Assembly: GCA_010093605.1 (NCBI GenBank) | Contig: MU004191.1 | Location: 790,816-854,815, forward strand | From: Lophium mytilinum | Taxonomy: Eukaryota | DNA: 64,000 bases | Direction: 5' to 3' | In this document: positions 12,068 through 24,315 of the stretch, one piece after another | Numbering within the stretch: position 1 is the stretch's first letter | How the letters are laid out: every line of letters begins with the position of its first letter | The notes under the pieces: model-generated | Database searches by the model: none | Told to the model about the DNA's origin: nothing | Seen by the model: the letters and a program-made list of their open reading frames with translations, nothing else | Program-made: the position numbers and the translations under genes

Positions 12068-14347
12068 ATGGCGCCAACGGTCCTCGACCAACACACCTTC
12101 GCAGGTGATACGGCGTTCTGGGAACAGGTCCGCGATGGGTTCATCCCCACTCTGCCGGGCAACACGGGTCCAATCCGTGCAGGATACGGATACAAAGCTA
12201 TCAGGTTCTGGAAGAACGAAAAGGACGGCGTGGTGATATTCCCAGAGACAACGCAGGGCCAGATCATCGAGCTTGGCAAGGATTCAAGATACGTCAAGGT
12301 TCATCTACCCGATCTGGGAAAGAATGGATGGGTCCCGCGTGATCGCATCGTGTGTGGGACCGTCCCATGGGGAAACTGGAAGATCAAAGCGGACCTAGTT
12401 ACGCCTGGGACCATCAAGGTTCCACGGGTACCAGGCATGCCCAGCACGAGTTCTCGAGTCTACAAAGCCATCAGCACATTCCTAGCGACACTTGCTGTGT
12501 CTAGGACATCGCTACTTTTCGAGAAGTTCTACGAACTCGTTGGTACGAATGGGGAGAAGATTGCCTCGCTCACTAACCTCGTGGTTGAAGGAATCAAGAA
12601 AGCGAGCTTGTTTGACGTGCTCAACACGCCTGATTTCACAGTCAAAGATTTGGTTGACAACAGCCGCTATCCGGATGCCTCCAAAGCGCCAACTACAATT
12701 GCCGGAATATATTTTCGGGCAATCAAAGATGCCAACGACGAAGACCACTTCTATATTGGGCATACCAATAACCTTCCTTCGCGTGCACAAGGGTACAAGA
12801 CCGATACGAACAATCCGAAGGGGAAGGGTTATCACATGGATTTGTCAGCAAAAGCCAAAAAGATTGCGATGTGTGCGCTCTGCATTCTCCCTCAGGATGT
12901 CGACACTGGCATTCGATATCTTGTCGAACAGATCTTCGTATGTCTATTTGAAACCTATCGACCCACTTTATTCAGAATCTCTGCCGGCTACATCAGCGCT
13001 CGATTGCTTGCCGACGACCCTGGCAGGATCGTCCAATTCCAATATGCTGTGTATCTCACTAGGATCGCAGAGATTGCCGCTGCCGATAGCGGTTGGAAGG
13101 GTGCAGTAACGAGACCTGGGTTTGGGGCTACTCAAGGCGTCAATTGGCTGTCGCCTCTGTACGAGATGACGACAGGCCAAACGCACGAAAGGGTGTTATT
13201 CATCCGGTCGGACGGGACAGTTCAGGACCCTACTTCGAAGGAGCTCATTCCTGTTGCGAATTTCCGAAGAGCAAATGCGAGGTCTACTAATTGGCACGCA
13301 GCATCATCTGCAACTACTAGCAACAGTCAGGTCTTCATCATCTCAGAAATCGGCGATACCAAAATCAGTAACCCGCATACTACTGAAGCCAATGCCGCCG
13401 CCAGCTCTAGCGGGACCGACTGGCCCATCCAAAATCAGCCGTTCCATGTTGTGTACGAAGTGCGCAAGGACTGGAAATTGCATCCATATCCTTGGGCTCG
13501 CGTACCATCTATTGGCCCCTTCATGGACTGGGAGCGTGCGAACAGCTTGGGAGTGCGCCTGGAATGGCAAGACGCGAAGAAGCAGTGGCGACGTAGGTAC
13601 CTTCAAGTTGGATCCAAATCCCATCACGCTCTCGACGACAAATCACCCGGGTCTCTGAAGGCCTATTCAGATGGCATGACCATCATCCACTTCCTGTTTC
13701 GAGAGGATCGAAACGATCATCGAGGTTGGGTAACCGACGCAGGCTTTGCCAGAGTCAAGCGGGTTAGAATGGACTGCATATCTCAGACCATCCAGTTCCT
13801 AGATCTCACTGATGTGCTCAAGCCCGCTGTCAGTATTCAGCGTAAGCCTGCTTCCATCATCAAACAGCAAATGGAGGATGATAGCTTGGAACTCGAACAC
13901 GTTGGCGGAGTTGTCGGGGGCATGGATGAAGGTGGTAGGACTTACAAGAGGACACTCTGCGACACCTGCGTGTTGTTCGGAAAAAGAGGTTCACAGAAGG
14001 GGTGCAACCAGGCTGAAGGCACGAACAGCAAGGTCTGCAGTCTCTGTTATTTTACCTACGGCAGGCCATTTTGCTCTTTCACAGCGGGCGTCATGAGACA
14101 ATCAAGTTTGCATAAAACTCCAGCGCTCGAAGCTATCAACCGTAAGCGTGTAAGCGCACTGACCCAGCTGGAGTGGGAAGTTGATGCTGAATTGGGCGGC
14201 GATCCGGATCTGCAGAAGCTCGAGATCGAGGTCGAGGAGTTGGAAGAATATGATGCAGCGATAGCGGAAGCGCTGGCAGAGGCGGAGAGGGAAGAAGAGG
14301 CTGTTGAGGAGGCTGGAATATATGAGAATCCGATCACTGGAGCCTGA
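12068..14347 (+). CDS. Orphan multidomain protein: SH3-like N-terminus, GIY-YIG nuclease-like domain, C-terminal Cys6 cluster, acidic tail
   Basis: Uninterrupted ORF (first ATG 12068; an upstream exon is possible via AG at 12032). Motifs: GWVP; GIY-x13-YIG...R...E...GVN (12704-13144); C-x2-C-x11-C-x10-C-x2-C-x8-C (13958-14074). Confidence 0.75.
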   Translation: MAPTVLDQHTFAGDTAFWEQVRDGFIPTLPGNTGPIRAGYGYKAIRFWKNEKDGVVIFPETTQGQIIELGKDSRYVKVHLPDLGKNGWVPRDRIVCGTVPWGNWKIKADLVTPGTIKVPRVPGMPSTSSRVYKAISTFLATLAVSRTSLLFEKFYELVGTNGEKIASLTNLVVEGIKKASLFDVLNTPDFTVKDLVDNSRYPDASKAPTTIAGIYFRAIKDANDEDHFYIGHTNNLPSRAQGYKTDTNNPKGKGYHMDLSAKAKKIAMCALCILPQDVDTGIRYLVEQIFVCLFETYRPTLFRISAGYISARLLADDPGRIVQFQYAVYLTRIAEIAAADSGWKGAVTRPGFGATQGVNWLSPLYEMTTGQTHERVLFIRSDGTVQDPTSKELIPVANFRRANARSTNWHAASSATTSNSQVFIISEIGDTKISNPHTTEANAAASSSGTDWPIQNQPFHVVYEVRKDWKLHPYPWARVPSIGPFMDWERANSLGVRLEWQDAKKQWRRRYLQVGSKSHHALDDKSPGSLKAYSDGMTIIHFLFREDRNDHRGWVTDAGFARVKRVRMDCISQTIQFLDLTDVLKPAVSIQRKPASIIKQQMEDDSLELEHVGGVVGGMDEGGRTYKRTLCDTCVLFGKRGSQKGCNQAEGTNSKVCSLCYFTYGRPFCSFTAGVMRQSSLHKTPALEAINRKRVSALTQLEWEVDAELGGDPDLQKLEIEVEELEEYDAAIAEALAEAEREEEAVEEAGIYENPITGA

Positions 14348-14770
14348 ACTCAGGTAAATTCCTCTACCTTTTGCGTTGATCAGAGGGAACATGCGGATGG
14401 AAGGAATGGGGTCCTTCTACGATATCTGCGGTTTTCTTTTCTTGGTTCTGACTTGGTCTCAACACCATTATTGAGGGGTTTCCTCTTTTTTTTCCATCTT
14501 TAGAGGCCTGTGAGCTGGGAATTTTCGACATGCGGTAAATCAAGCCCCATGTTTGAGCTGAATAGCAGTTCAACACTGCTCTTTCTTAGATAGGCCCTTA
14601 TTGATAGGGTTCACGAACAATCTCCAAATATGCCACACTTCAGGTTTTAGAACATACGTTAGGTACCCCACACAATGGCAGAGGACTACTAACTGCGGGC
14701 TACGGCCTCAAGAAGCTTTGACTCGTAGATCCTCATGTCGATCTATCTAAACTATAGACTCGGCATCCTC

Positions 14771-15146
14771 CTCCGCACCTACACCGTCGATTCGTGTAGC
14801 TCTATACAGCTTAGAATTGCAGTTATTCAGACCCTTCACTGACTCCCCCACACGGGGCAAGGCATACTCCGCTCTTCTTTCCAAGAAACATGTTGAGGCT
14901 TGAACAATCTGGAGAATATCTCTTGGCGGTTTGCTGTGGCTTCGGCTTGCACAGCGAAGCACACGGACTTCCCGCCGGTGTGTAGCATCGTGGGACGATC
15001 TTGGTCTGATATGCGGGGAGGAGTCGGGGTAGTAAAGCTGGGGAAGGACTAGTGGGGTTAGTGTGCCCTGTTGCCGAGTGACAATTTATCTGGAAAACTG
15101 CAGCCGACAAGATGCACGCTGTAAGCGATTAGTTGCATATAAAAGC
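14771..15146 (+). promoter_or_regulatory. Transporter promoter with clustered CreA/Cre1-type SYGGRG sites and a TATA-like box
   Basis: SYGGRG on either strand at 14771, 14846, 14867, 14909, 15013, 15038 and 15052; TATAAAA at ~15139. Confidence 0.5.
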
Positions 15147-15305
15147 CCCATAATATCCATCCTGGCTCACCAGGCAGTATTTTCTCAACCTCAAGTGTCT
15201 TGTTCTTGCTCGTCTCCTCCATCTGTACTTACGATTTGCATTTTTTCTGCCATATTATCTCTTACCTCCCTTATCGTCGGGTAACCCGTCGCAACATCTG
15301 CCAAA

Positions 15306-17170
15306 ATGGGTGGTGGAACCTCATTGTGGGCGTCTCCCGATTACAAAAGAGATCCAAAGGAGATCTTCAACCCGAAGATATTCTATCTGGCTATTACTAT
15401 CGCTTTTGCCGGTTGCTCCTATGGTTTCGATCGTAAGCTCCCCCGGTGCGTCTACAACAGTATGCGCGCCTGCTAATGATTTCCAGAGGGAAACATTGGT
15501 GGTGTTCTCACGCTCGAAAGCTTCAAACATGCCTTCGGGCTTGATAAGCTGAGCAAAGATGCCGCAGATCAGCGGGCTGGAAATATTGCAGCGATGATGG
15601 CTGCTGGAGGATCTGGAGGCGCACTGCTTGCGGCCCCATGTTCCGATTACCTGGGCCGTAAATACAGTATGATGCTGTTCGGTGCTTTCTACCTCATCGG
15701 CTGCACGATGCAGGAGTTCGCAGACCTTGGAGGTACGCAAAACCGCCCTCAATGATGACTACTGGTAGGACTTCGCTGACATGCAGATACAGTCTTCTGC
15801 GCCGGCCGCTTGATCGCTGGCATTGCCATCGGAGGCATGAGTATGCTGGCCCCTCAATACCTCGCCGAGAACTCGCCGAAGTCGATTCGTGGATCCGTGA
15901 CATGCTTGTACAATCTGTGCATCATCCTAGCTCTATCTCTTGCATTCTGGGTATGTCGAAAAATATTAGCCATGCGTAGGACAATGAGACTAACACGCAC
16001 AGGTTAACTACGGTGTCAGCAAATGGGTCCGCGAAGCCATGGATACATGGAACCTCCAATGGAAACTGGCCCTCGGTATCCAGATCATCCCAGGCGGTTT
16101 CATGTTCCTCATGATGCCGTGGGTAGTGGAGACACCTCGTGCGCTGATTGCACGAGGCAAAAGAGAGCTCGGGCTGAAGAACTTACTCATTCTGCGAAAC
16201 CTCCCAGAGGAGCACCCGTATGTTCAGCAAGAGTACCTCGAAATCTGCGCGCAGGTCGACCATGAGCAAGAGGCGACAAAAGGTAAGCATTAGTTCCCAG
16301 TCCTTCTAGTTTCCAATCTAATCACGAATAGGCCGTAATTACTGGATCGTCATCAAAGACATCGTCGGCGTCCGAAGCAACACTCGCCGATTCTTTCTCG
16401 CTACTACGCTCTTCTTATTCCACAAATTCACCGGCACCGACTCGCTCAACTACTTCGCCCCCGAAATCTTCACCATGATAGGAGTAAAAGGCGGCTCGCA
16501 AGCCCTTCTAACCACCGGAGTCTACGGCCTCGTGAAGCTAGCAACAACGGTTGTCTACGTCGCTTTCATCGTGGACCGAGTTGGGCGCCGCCTTCCACTC
16601 ATCATCGGGGCAATCTTGCAAGCCACTTCCATGCTGTACATCGCCCTCTATGTCCGCTTTGGAAATCCTGACTCTGCAAAGGGTACCGAAGCCGGCGGCA
16701 TCGTTGGTATCATCTGGATCTACATCTACGCCTTTGGTTGGTCTTTCGGGTGGTCCGTGGCGCCCTACGTCGTGGCCGCTGAGATTTTCCCATCCCGCAT
16801 CCGCTCCGTCTCTATGTCTTTCTGCTTCTTCATTAACTGGATCGTCGACTACGGCATCACAAAGGCGACGCCTAGTATGATGACACATATGGGCTGGGGA
16901 ACATTCCTGCTCTACGCCATCTTGACGTATGTCGGTGCGGTGTTTGTGTTCTTCTGCATGCCGGAGTTGAAGGGGAGGAGTATTGAGTCGATGGATGATT
17001 TGTTCGAGCACTCGATTTGGACCATGTACAAGCGTGCTTATCCGACCGAGGAGGAGAAGGTCAGGCACGATGTCCCGGATCTTGTGCACGCGGATATGAT
17101 GGAGAAAGAAGAAGGCTTGGATAAGAATGGTGGACAGGTTCAGATTGAGAATGTCCAGAGCGAGAGATGA
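15306..17170 (+). CDS. MFS sugar porter (quinate/sugar-acid permease-like), multi-exon
   Basis: Spliced translation MGGGTSLW...FAGCSYGFD, SDYLGRK, AENSPKSIRG, VETPR, VDRVGRR, AEIFPSRIR and PELKGRSIE (Sugar_tr signatures); GT-AG introns with branch sites. Confidence 0.92.
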
Positions 17171-17496
17171 TGAAGACGGAGAGGCGAGATCGAGGTACTG
17201 AGAATTGATGTGCATATGATGAGTTTCCATAAGACGAACAGCCCCACTCGATAGTACATAGCGATGTCTGAACGTGTAATGAAATCTGACGTATGACTAT
17301 CCATGGCTTTGAGGACTCCGGGAAGTGTCCGTGCGTAAAGGGCCGTGTTTGGAGATGGTGAAAATGGTCCGGCGTTCTCGCCGGGTAGAAGGGCGTTATT
17401 GAAGATGAAATGCATAAATATTAGAAACCTATATGGTCTCCTATTACCACAAATCTAATATCATCCTAAACCCGAAAGCTCTAAACATTCTTCATT

Positions 17497-18634
17497 ATGG
17501 TTGCCACGATGAAGCTGAATACTGGAGCCGAAATCCCCGTAGTAGTGAGTGTTAAAATCAACCATTAGAGCTTTAGCATCTGATAATCTGGCTAGGGATT
17601 TGGTACATGGCAAGCGGCCCCTGGGGGTTAGCAATTCATGATTTGTAAAGACGTCCCCCTACTAACACCGACGTAGAGGCTGGACGGGCTGTGAAGATTG
17701 CCATAAAATCTGGCTATAAACACCTTGTAAGTTTCATAATTAGTCCCGATGCCCTCCAGAGCGTTAATTGACCATGATGTAGGACTGTGCTCCACTGTGT
17801 AAGTAGCAGTTCGATCCAGCGAACCTGGCCAAGAGTTTCAAAAATCTGACCCATCCAGACTGGAACGAGAAAGAGATCGGAGAATCCCTAGCAGAGACGC
17901 TCAAGGAGACATTGATACCACGCTCTGAGCTCTTCATAACCACAAAAGTGTGGTCCTCACAACACTCCCAAGTCGAAGCCTCACTCCGCCGCTCACTAGC
18001 GGACCTCCAACTCGATTATGTCGACCTGTATCTCATGCACTGGCCCATCTCCCTACCGCCCAACGACGCCACCGCCGCGAACTTCGGGAAAGAGGACCGG
18101 ACGACCCATGCCTCGGACTGGGACTTCACGAATACCTGGGCCGATATGGAGAAGCTCCTGGCTACCGGCTTAACAAAAGCAATCGGCGTCGCCAACTTCT
18201 CGACTGTGAACCTCGAGAAGCTCCTAAAGACAGCAAAGGTGGTCCCGGCTGTCAACCAGACAGAACTTCACCCGCTGCTACCTCAGGACAAGCTCAATGC
18301 GTATTGTCAAAGCCACGGTATCCATCAGACCGCGTTCGGACCCCTCGGGGGCAAGGGTAGCACGCTGCATAGCCACCCGGTTGTGCGGGAGATCGCAGAG
18401 AAGAGGAAGGGCAGCGCAGCGCAGGTGATGCTGTCGTGGGGCGTGGCGAGGGGGTGGAGTGTTATTCCGAAGAGCGTGACGGAGGAGCGGATTAAGAGCA
18501 ATCTAGCGATCTTCGAGCTGAGCGCGGAGGAGGTTGGGAAGCTGGACCAGCTGGCGAAGACGGAGGGGAGGAGGTTCAATAGGCCGAATTGGGGGACGAC
18601 GGTATTCCATGATGATGATGAGAGTGTTGCGTAG
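17497..18634 (+). CDS. Aldo-keto reductase (AKR1/GCY-YPR-like), several short 5' exons
   Basis: Spliced MKLNTGAEIPVV|GFGTWQ...GYKHL|DCAPL|YWNEKEIG, then LFITTKVW, DYVDLYLMHWP, AIGVANF, VNQTELHP and VIPKSV. Confidence 0.92.
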
Positions 18635-19238
18635 TTACCTGGGATGGTGTTGGGGAACTGTGTGGCCAAAAGTTACGCGCTGCGGTCGGTTAAAGTTGCT
18701 CTTTCTAGAATATTCTAACGAGAATGCATCTCCTACCCGCGAACAACCCCCAACTCTTCTTCTGAGGACATTTCTGAAGCTCGACTAGGCGTTCGACTCT
18801 ATCCTAACCTTATGTGTACTTATCACAACAAGTCTTTCCTTTTGGAAATGTGAAGTAGCAACGAGTATACTAGACTAATGAGACCTTCACGTCGTTTCCA
18901 TTCATTAGTAGTCAGCCATACGGACCTCTGCGGGACTGAAAGACACAAGTTACAAAATCACATTCGCATGAATATACTATCCAATCTCTCCCGATATTCT
19001 CATCTAAGGATGACCTTTGGCCCAGACTATCGACTATTTCTTAGTTCCAACCTCATTATGACGTCTAAGATCCGCGGCTGCTGTGCGAAAACGATGAAGA
19101 GAAGGTTACGCATGGGATATTTGGAATAGAGGGGCAAGGAATAGGTACATGAAGAACCAGGAAGCCGTTAATATCTAATCTCTCTATCAAACTGCTTCTC
19201 CTTTCAGATCTTCTTCCTTTTCCCCCTTTCATCACAAA

Positions 19239-20439
19239 ATGACCAAAACGCTCGACATGTCCACTTCCAAAATCCCAAAGGTGGGAAATCGCACCACTCT
19301 CGCCCCATCCATTTCTTCTTTCCTCAAACACAACCCCTCCCTTCACCTCGGGGGTGCAGACGCGTTCACAGATGAGCGACGCCACCATACCGAAGTTTTT
19401 GGCATTCATGCTTTGCCAAAGGAGAAAGTGCACCCAATTCATGAGGTAGAATTCACCGCAGTCCGAGGGCCCCATGGTACGATACCCGTGCGGGTGTTGT
19501 ATCCTAAGTCAGGAGAAGAAAGGAGGAAAAAAGGGGAGGCAGCTGCGCTCGTCTATTTCCATGGAGGTGGATACACGGTAGGAACCGTGGACGAGTTCGA
19601 GAACGGGCTAAGACAGTTGGCAGAAGAGAGTGGAGTCCAGGTATGAATCCTTAAGTCGGAAACCTGACCTCATCTTCCATATATCCCTTGACATGAAAAC
19701 TCAATACCCGCAGATCTATGCTATAGACTACCGTCCAGCTCCCGAATTTGCTCATCCCATGCAGCTCGACGAGTACGATGCTATCATCTCCTGGCTGCGT
19801 TCCTCAGAAGGGAAATCCCGTGGAGTGTCTTCTTCCCTCATTTGCGGCGGGGGCGACTCAGCAGGTGGCAACATGACGGCCGCACTCTGCCTCCGCCGTC
19901 AAGACCACAAGCTTCCTCCCCTAGCCGCCCAGATCCTCCTCTATCCCGAAGCCCGCCTGCCCTTCGACACGCCCGCTGCGTCAGAGAACAACTCAGCCCT
20001 CTATCTCGAATGCAATGGGATCTTCTCCTTCGCCTACCACTACCTCCCGCGCGGCATTCCACCAGCGCATCGGTACATCCCACCCGGGATGCAGGAGATC
20101 AAGGACTTGAAGGGGCAGCCGAAAGCGGTAGTGTGTACCGCAGGATTTGATCCATTGAGGGATGTGGGAGTCGAGTATGCGAGGAAGTTGGAGGAGGCCG
20201 GGGATGTTGTAGTTTGGAGGCACTTTGAGAGGTTGACGCATGGGTGGTTGCAAATGGGGCCATGGAGTGAGGAGGCAGAGAACGCTATCAAGGATTTGGC
20301 GAGGGAGGTTAAGAAGCTGGTCTATGGTTACATTACAGGCCCTGGGGAAAAGTCTATGTATCTTTCTTGGCTAATGTTCAGACCCCTTGAACCCTTTTCA
20401 AAAACGATTAAATGCTCTCAATCGGCTAGTAGCATTTGA
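19239..20439 (+). CDS. Alpha/beta hydrolase fold-3 (HSL-family) esterase; one intron ~19642-19713; C-terminus uncertain
   Basis: YFHGGGY oxyanion motif, GDSAGGN nucleophile elbow, FDPLRD acid residue and HGW histidine. Confidence 0.9.
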
Positions 20440-21052
20440 ATTTCTTCAAATTTGGTGTAGTGTTGTATAGCCTTCCATATTAACCTAAGCAAAATCTATA
20501 TTTGAGCTAGAATTAATCTCTAGATTGTCTTTACCTAGGCTGATAGAGTAACTAGAGATGTCGAAAGAAGGTGAGAAATAAAATTAGAGAAAGCGTGGTT
20601 TTCCAAAGAATCAGCCAATCAGAGGTGTTAGGTTTCTCATACAGCATGGAAAAGCTTCGCTCAACCTTCCTCCCACCAATATCCCACCTCGGTCATCAAC
20701 GCGCTCTGTTTGGTTCTTATAGATACAGAACTTGCAACATATCCTCTGTATCGTACCTCGACTCTGGTTTTGAACTTGTTCGAATGTGAGATGTGACTCT
20801 TTCTACCACAAGCCGTCTCTACCGACCGGGCCTCCACTCTTGACTCGTACCCATGGCCCCGCTCCCTAACCAAACACCAAACTTCTCCAGGGCAGCGGCC
20901 CCGCCTTGTCATTAACCGCGCGCCCAGACCTTGCGGATTCATGAGTCGGCCCGATGATGTTGATCACGACCACCTTCCAAGCGCGCTTCTTCCCCAGACC
21001 TCACTGCCCGCATTTTGCGCCTTCAATGTCTTTGCGTAGCTCCACATCCACC

Positions 21053-23281
21053 ATGGCGAAACGATCGTGGTCCCAGGCGAATGCCAGATCCATCCCAACT
21101 TCTGCGCCCATGGATACCAGTCCTCAGGAGCAGATGTCGCCATCTGCGTCCCGACGGCGGACATCAGAGGCCGCTGAAGCCCACCTGACGTCTCATCCTT
21201 CGATTTCTCGCAAGGTGAAGGCGTGCGCGGCTTGTAGGAAGCAGAAGGTTAGAGTTGACCCCTGATGAAGTTTTGTTTCATGCGTTTACTTGCGACTGTA
21301 GATCAAATGCATCATGGAGAGCGGACCACCCTGCAAAAGGTGCACAGAACGAAATCTGTCCTGTGTATTGAACAAGAGTCTTCAAACTCTCATTGATGAG
21401 CGGTCCCAGTGAGTGTTTCCAGGTTCTCAAACATGTTGCGATCAATCATTTCGACATTTTCCACCGATCAATACGGTCACGTGTCGCAATATATACTGAT
21501 TGAGCCCACAGATGGAAGAATGTTGTAGGAAACGACTTGGAGCAGATTCACTCGGCTCTCCAAGAAGTCCTTAACCGGTTATCACTACCGCCAATTCCTC
21601 GATTACAGACACTCAGCCAGGATAGCCAGGTTCTCTCTCCTCCTGACGAGGTTCTTGACCGTGAAGATCATGGGCCTTCTTGTGACAATTCTCCAAGAGT
21701 CTCGCCGCGAGATGACGCCCTACCCCACGTGCCCATCGAATCGCTGTACCAGATTACCAGACTCCGCGCACTTCGCTCGGATAACCCGACCGAAACTCCT
21801 CAAGTTGCGCATCCCAATGGTGTCAGCCATGTCATCAATGACTTCATTTCGAACGGCCAGCTAGGTGTAGAGGATGCCGAGCGTTTATTCCATCTCTATC
21901 AAAACCGTCTTGACCATTTCATGTACGGGATCGGTGGTAAATATAGGGACCTTGAGAGCCTCCGGAGGGGTTCTGCAATTCTAACAGCTTGTATCTGCAC
22001 AGTCGCGGCTCTCCATGACCCAGGAAGTAACCACCTCTATGGAACCTGCAATCGTGAATTTCGACGTCTCATGGCGGCCTCGATGTTTGACAGACGAATT
22101 GATCGTGATCAACTCAGGGCAATGTGCATCGGATCGTACTGGTTGAGCGACATATCCTGGACACTCTCTGGGTACGCAATACGACGAGCTACAGAAGTCA
22201 GCCTGAACGCAAATTATCACCGTGTCGTAGCAGAGAACAGTGAGGAAGCAGCTGACTGTCTCCGGATATGGTATATTCTCTACATATGCGACCATCACTT
22301 ATCGATACTCTACGGGAGGCCATCCATTGTACGCGAAGATTTCGCCATTGAGGGGTGGGAGGCCTTCCTGAAGTCATCGGTGGCGAACGAGAGCGACAAA
22401 CGGATGATCAGCCAGCTAGCGCTCTTGATTATTCTAAGCAATGTGCGGGAATTGTTTGGTCCGGACAACGGCGAGCAAGTTCCGCGCGCTTTTGCCACAC
22501 AGCTTGCCAATTTCAGTCGCCAGATCGACCAGTGGATGGGAACTTGGAGCACTGATCTTCAACGTACGTTTCTCTGGCATTGCTCTGAACTCGCCACTAA
22601 CAGTTCATAGGACAACACGATTACATTGGAGAATTCCCCACCAAGGGGGTCGTACTACATCATCATTTTGCGAAGCTGCATCTGCACTCTCACATTTTCA
22701 GAGGGCTGAAGAACTCGCCAGTACCCAGTTATTTCCACGATTCCGCTGTCGCCGCAGTGTCCGCCGCGACTTCTATCGTCGAGCTACTTCTCACCGACCG
22801 TGACCTCCAAGACTCACTCGTGGGAATTCCCCACTACCTACACACCATGACTGCTTTTGCCTGTGTCTTCCTCCTCAAGGTTGCAGCCCAGCATAGTGGA
22901 CAATATATCGAAGATGCGGTGGTGTTCGACCTCACGGCCAGGCTGGTCCAGCAATTCCGATCTACGGCAGTAGGAAAGTGGCATCTGGTTCATCTCATGG
23001 CGGATGGCCTCGAAAAATTGGCCGCTAAGGAGCACCAAAAGAGTCCAGCAGCGTATCCGAATATGTTACTCGCAAATGGTAACAGCCACACTACGATGCC
23101 ATACATGAATGGTGCAGACCATCCTTCCATGAACGGTTTGCCACATGGAGATGACTCGATTTATGGTCCCATGGCTACCAACGGCTTCCAAGACGGAGAA
23201 ATCGATTTCGCAGCCACGCCATTCTTACACTTTGACTCCGCAGGCTTTGACTTCAACTACGCTGGATTCGGGATACTATGA
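21053..23281 (+). CDS. Zn(II)2Cys6 transcription factor with fungal-specific TF middle domain
   Basis: Spliced ACAACRKQK|IKC...PCKRCTERNLSC; RIWYILYICDHHLSILYGRP; start in CCACCATGG context (alternative ATG at 21026). Confidence 0.9.
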
Positions 23282-23328
23282 TATATTCTATAATACCAAA
23301 ACAACCATCTATAAGAGCATGATAATGC

Positions 23329-24315
23329 CTACGCCACAAGACTCCGAGCGAAACTCTCCACCTCCTCGGTGAGCGTAATATCCTCGACCATACCGAGCTT
23401 CTTCGCGAGGCTCGTATCAAACCGCGCAGGCCAACTCCTCACAATCGCCTCAACCTTCACATCCCTCTTCTCCTCAATCAGCGCCAACTTCTCCTTTCCA
23501 CCTACCGCCTCAAGCGCTTCTAATATCTGCCCCACCGTCACTGTCTGCCCAGGCAAATTCACAGTCCGCCCCCGATTCACCCCAAACGCCTCCTTCGGCA
23601 CATCCTTCATCGCCACCAAATTCCGCACCACCGTGCTCGGCGAGCACACCCACATCTCCAAATCCTTACCCACCGGCAAGATGCTCTTCTCTCCCTTCAA
23701 CGGCTCCCGCACTATCCCCGACGCAAACGACGACGCCGCCGCGGAGGGAGCGCCCGGCCGCACAATCACAGTCGGCAGACGCACAACACGCCCATCTATC
23801 AGCCCCCGCCGCGAGTAATCCGAAACCAGCGTCTCAACAATCAGCTTCTCGGCCCCGTAACTGCTTTGCGGCACTGGAATGGTCCGCTCGCTGACGACCT
23901 CGCCCAGCTCCAATGGAGGCCCGTACACAGCCAGCGAACTAGGAAACACGACCACAACCCCGGGTTGGTGCCGGCGCAGGTGGTCCAGCACTAGTCTGTG
24001 CGAGTCGATGTTCACAGCCAAGCCGAGTTCGAGATTTGCTTCTGCGCCCCCGGACATGATGTCGTGGAGGAAGTAGCATGCCGCGAACTTGGGCTCGAGC
24101 AACGCCGCGCACGCGTCCGCGGATGTGAGGTCTGATTTTACGGTCATGACGCGGTTGGCGTGCTGAGGGGAGGGGATTGCGGGCTGGATCACGTCGGCGA
24201 GGATGAGGTCGTAGGTTGGGGAGGCGTCGAGGAGGGCGGCGGCGAGGGCTTGGCCGATGAAGCCGCCGGCGCCTGTGATTAGGATCGTGTGGGATGCGGG
24301 TTCGAAGGAGCCCAT
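23329..24315 (-). CDS. NAD-dependent epimerase/dehydratase-family (extended SDR) protein, D-erythronate dehydrogenase (DenD)-like
   Basis: ILITGAGGFIG, IMSGGAEANLELG, SSLAVYG, PQSSYGAEK (YxxxK), DYSRRGLIDGRVVRLPTV.VRPG.PSAAASSFASGI.REPL, and SWPARFD. Confidence 0.85.
   Translation of the reverse strand: MGSFEPASHTILITGAGGFIGQALAAALLDASPTYDLILADVIQPAIPSPQHANRVMTVKSDLTSADACAALLEPKFAACYFLHDIMSGGAEANLELGLAVNIDSHRLVLDHLRRHQPGVVVVFPSSLAVYGPPLELGEVVSERTIPVPQSSYGAEKLIVETLVSDYSRRGLIDGRVVRLPTVIVRPGAPSAAASSFASGIVREPLKGEKSILPVGKDLEMWVCSPSTVVRNLVAMKDVPKEAFGVNRGRTVNLPGQTVTVGQILEALEAVGGKEKLALIEEKRDVKVEAIVRSWPARFDTSLAKKLGMVEDITLTEEVESFARSLVA

Noticed and set aside
12068..14347. Penelope-like retroelement, Spok spore killer or Slx1 orthologue
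   Set aside because: No reverse transcriptase is adjacent. Spok proteins use a different nuclease plus a kinase domain. The length and domain order do not match Slx1.
11889..14725. Terminal inverted repeats around the GIY-YIG gene (tcaaagc / gctttga)
   Set aside because: Only a 7-bp match with no target-site duplication, which is expected by chance.
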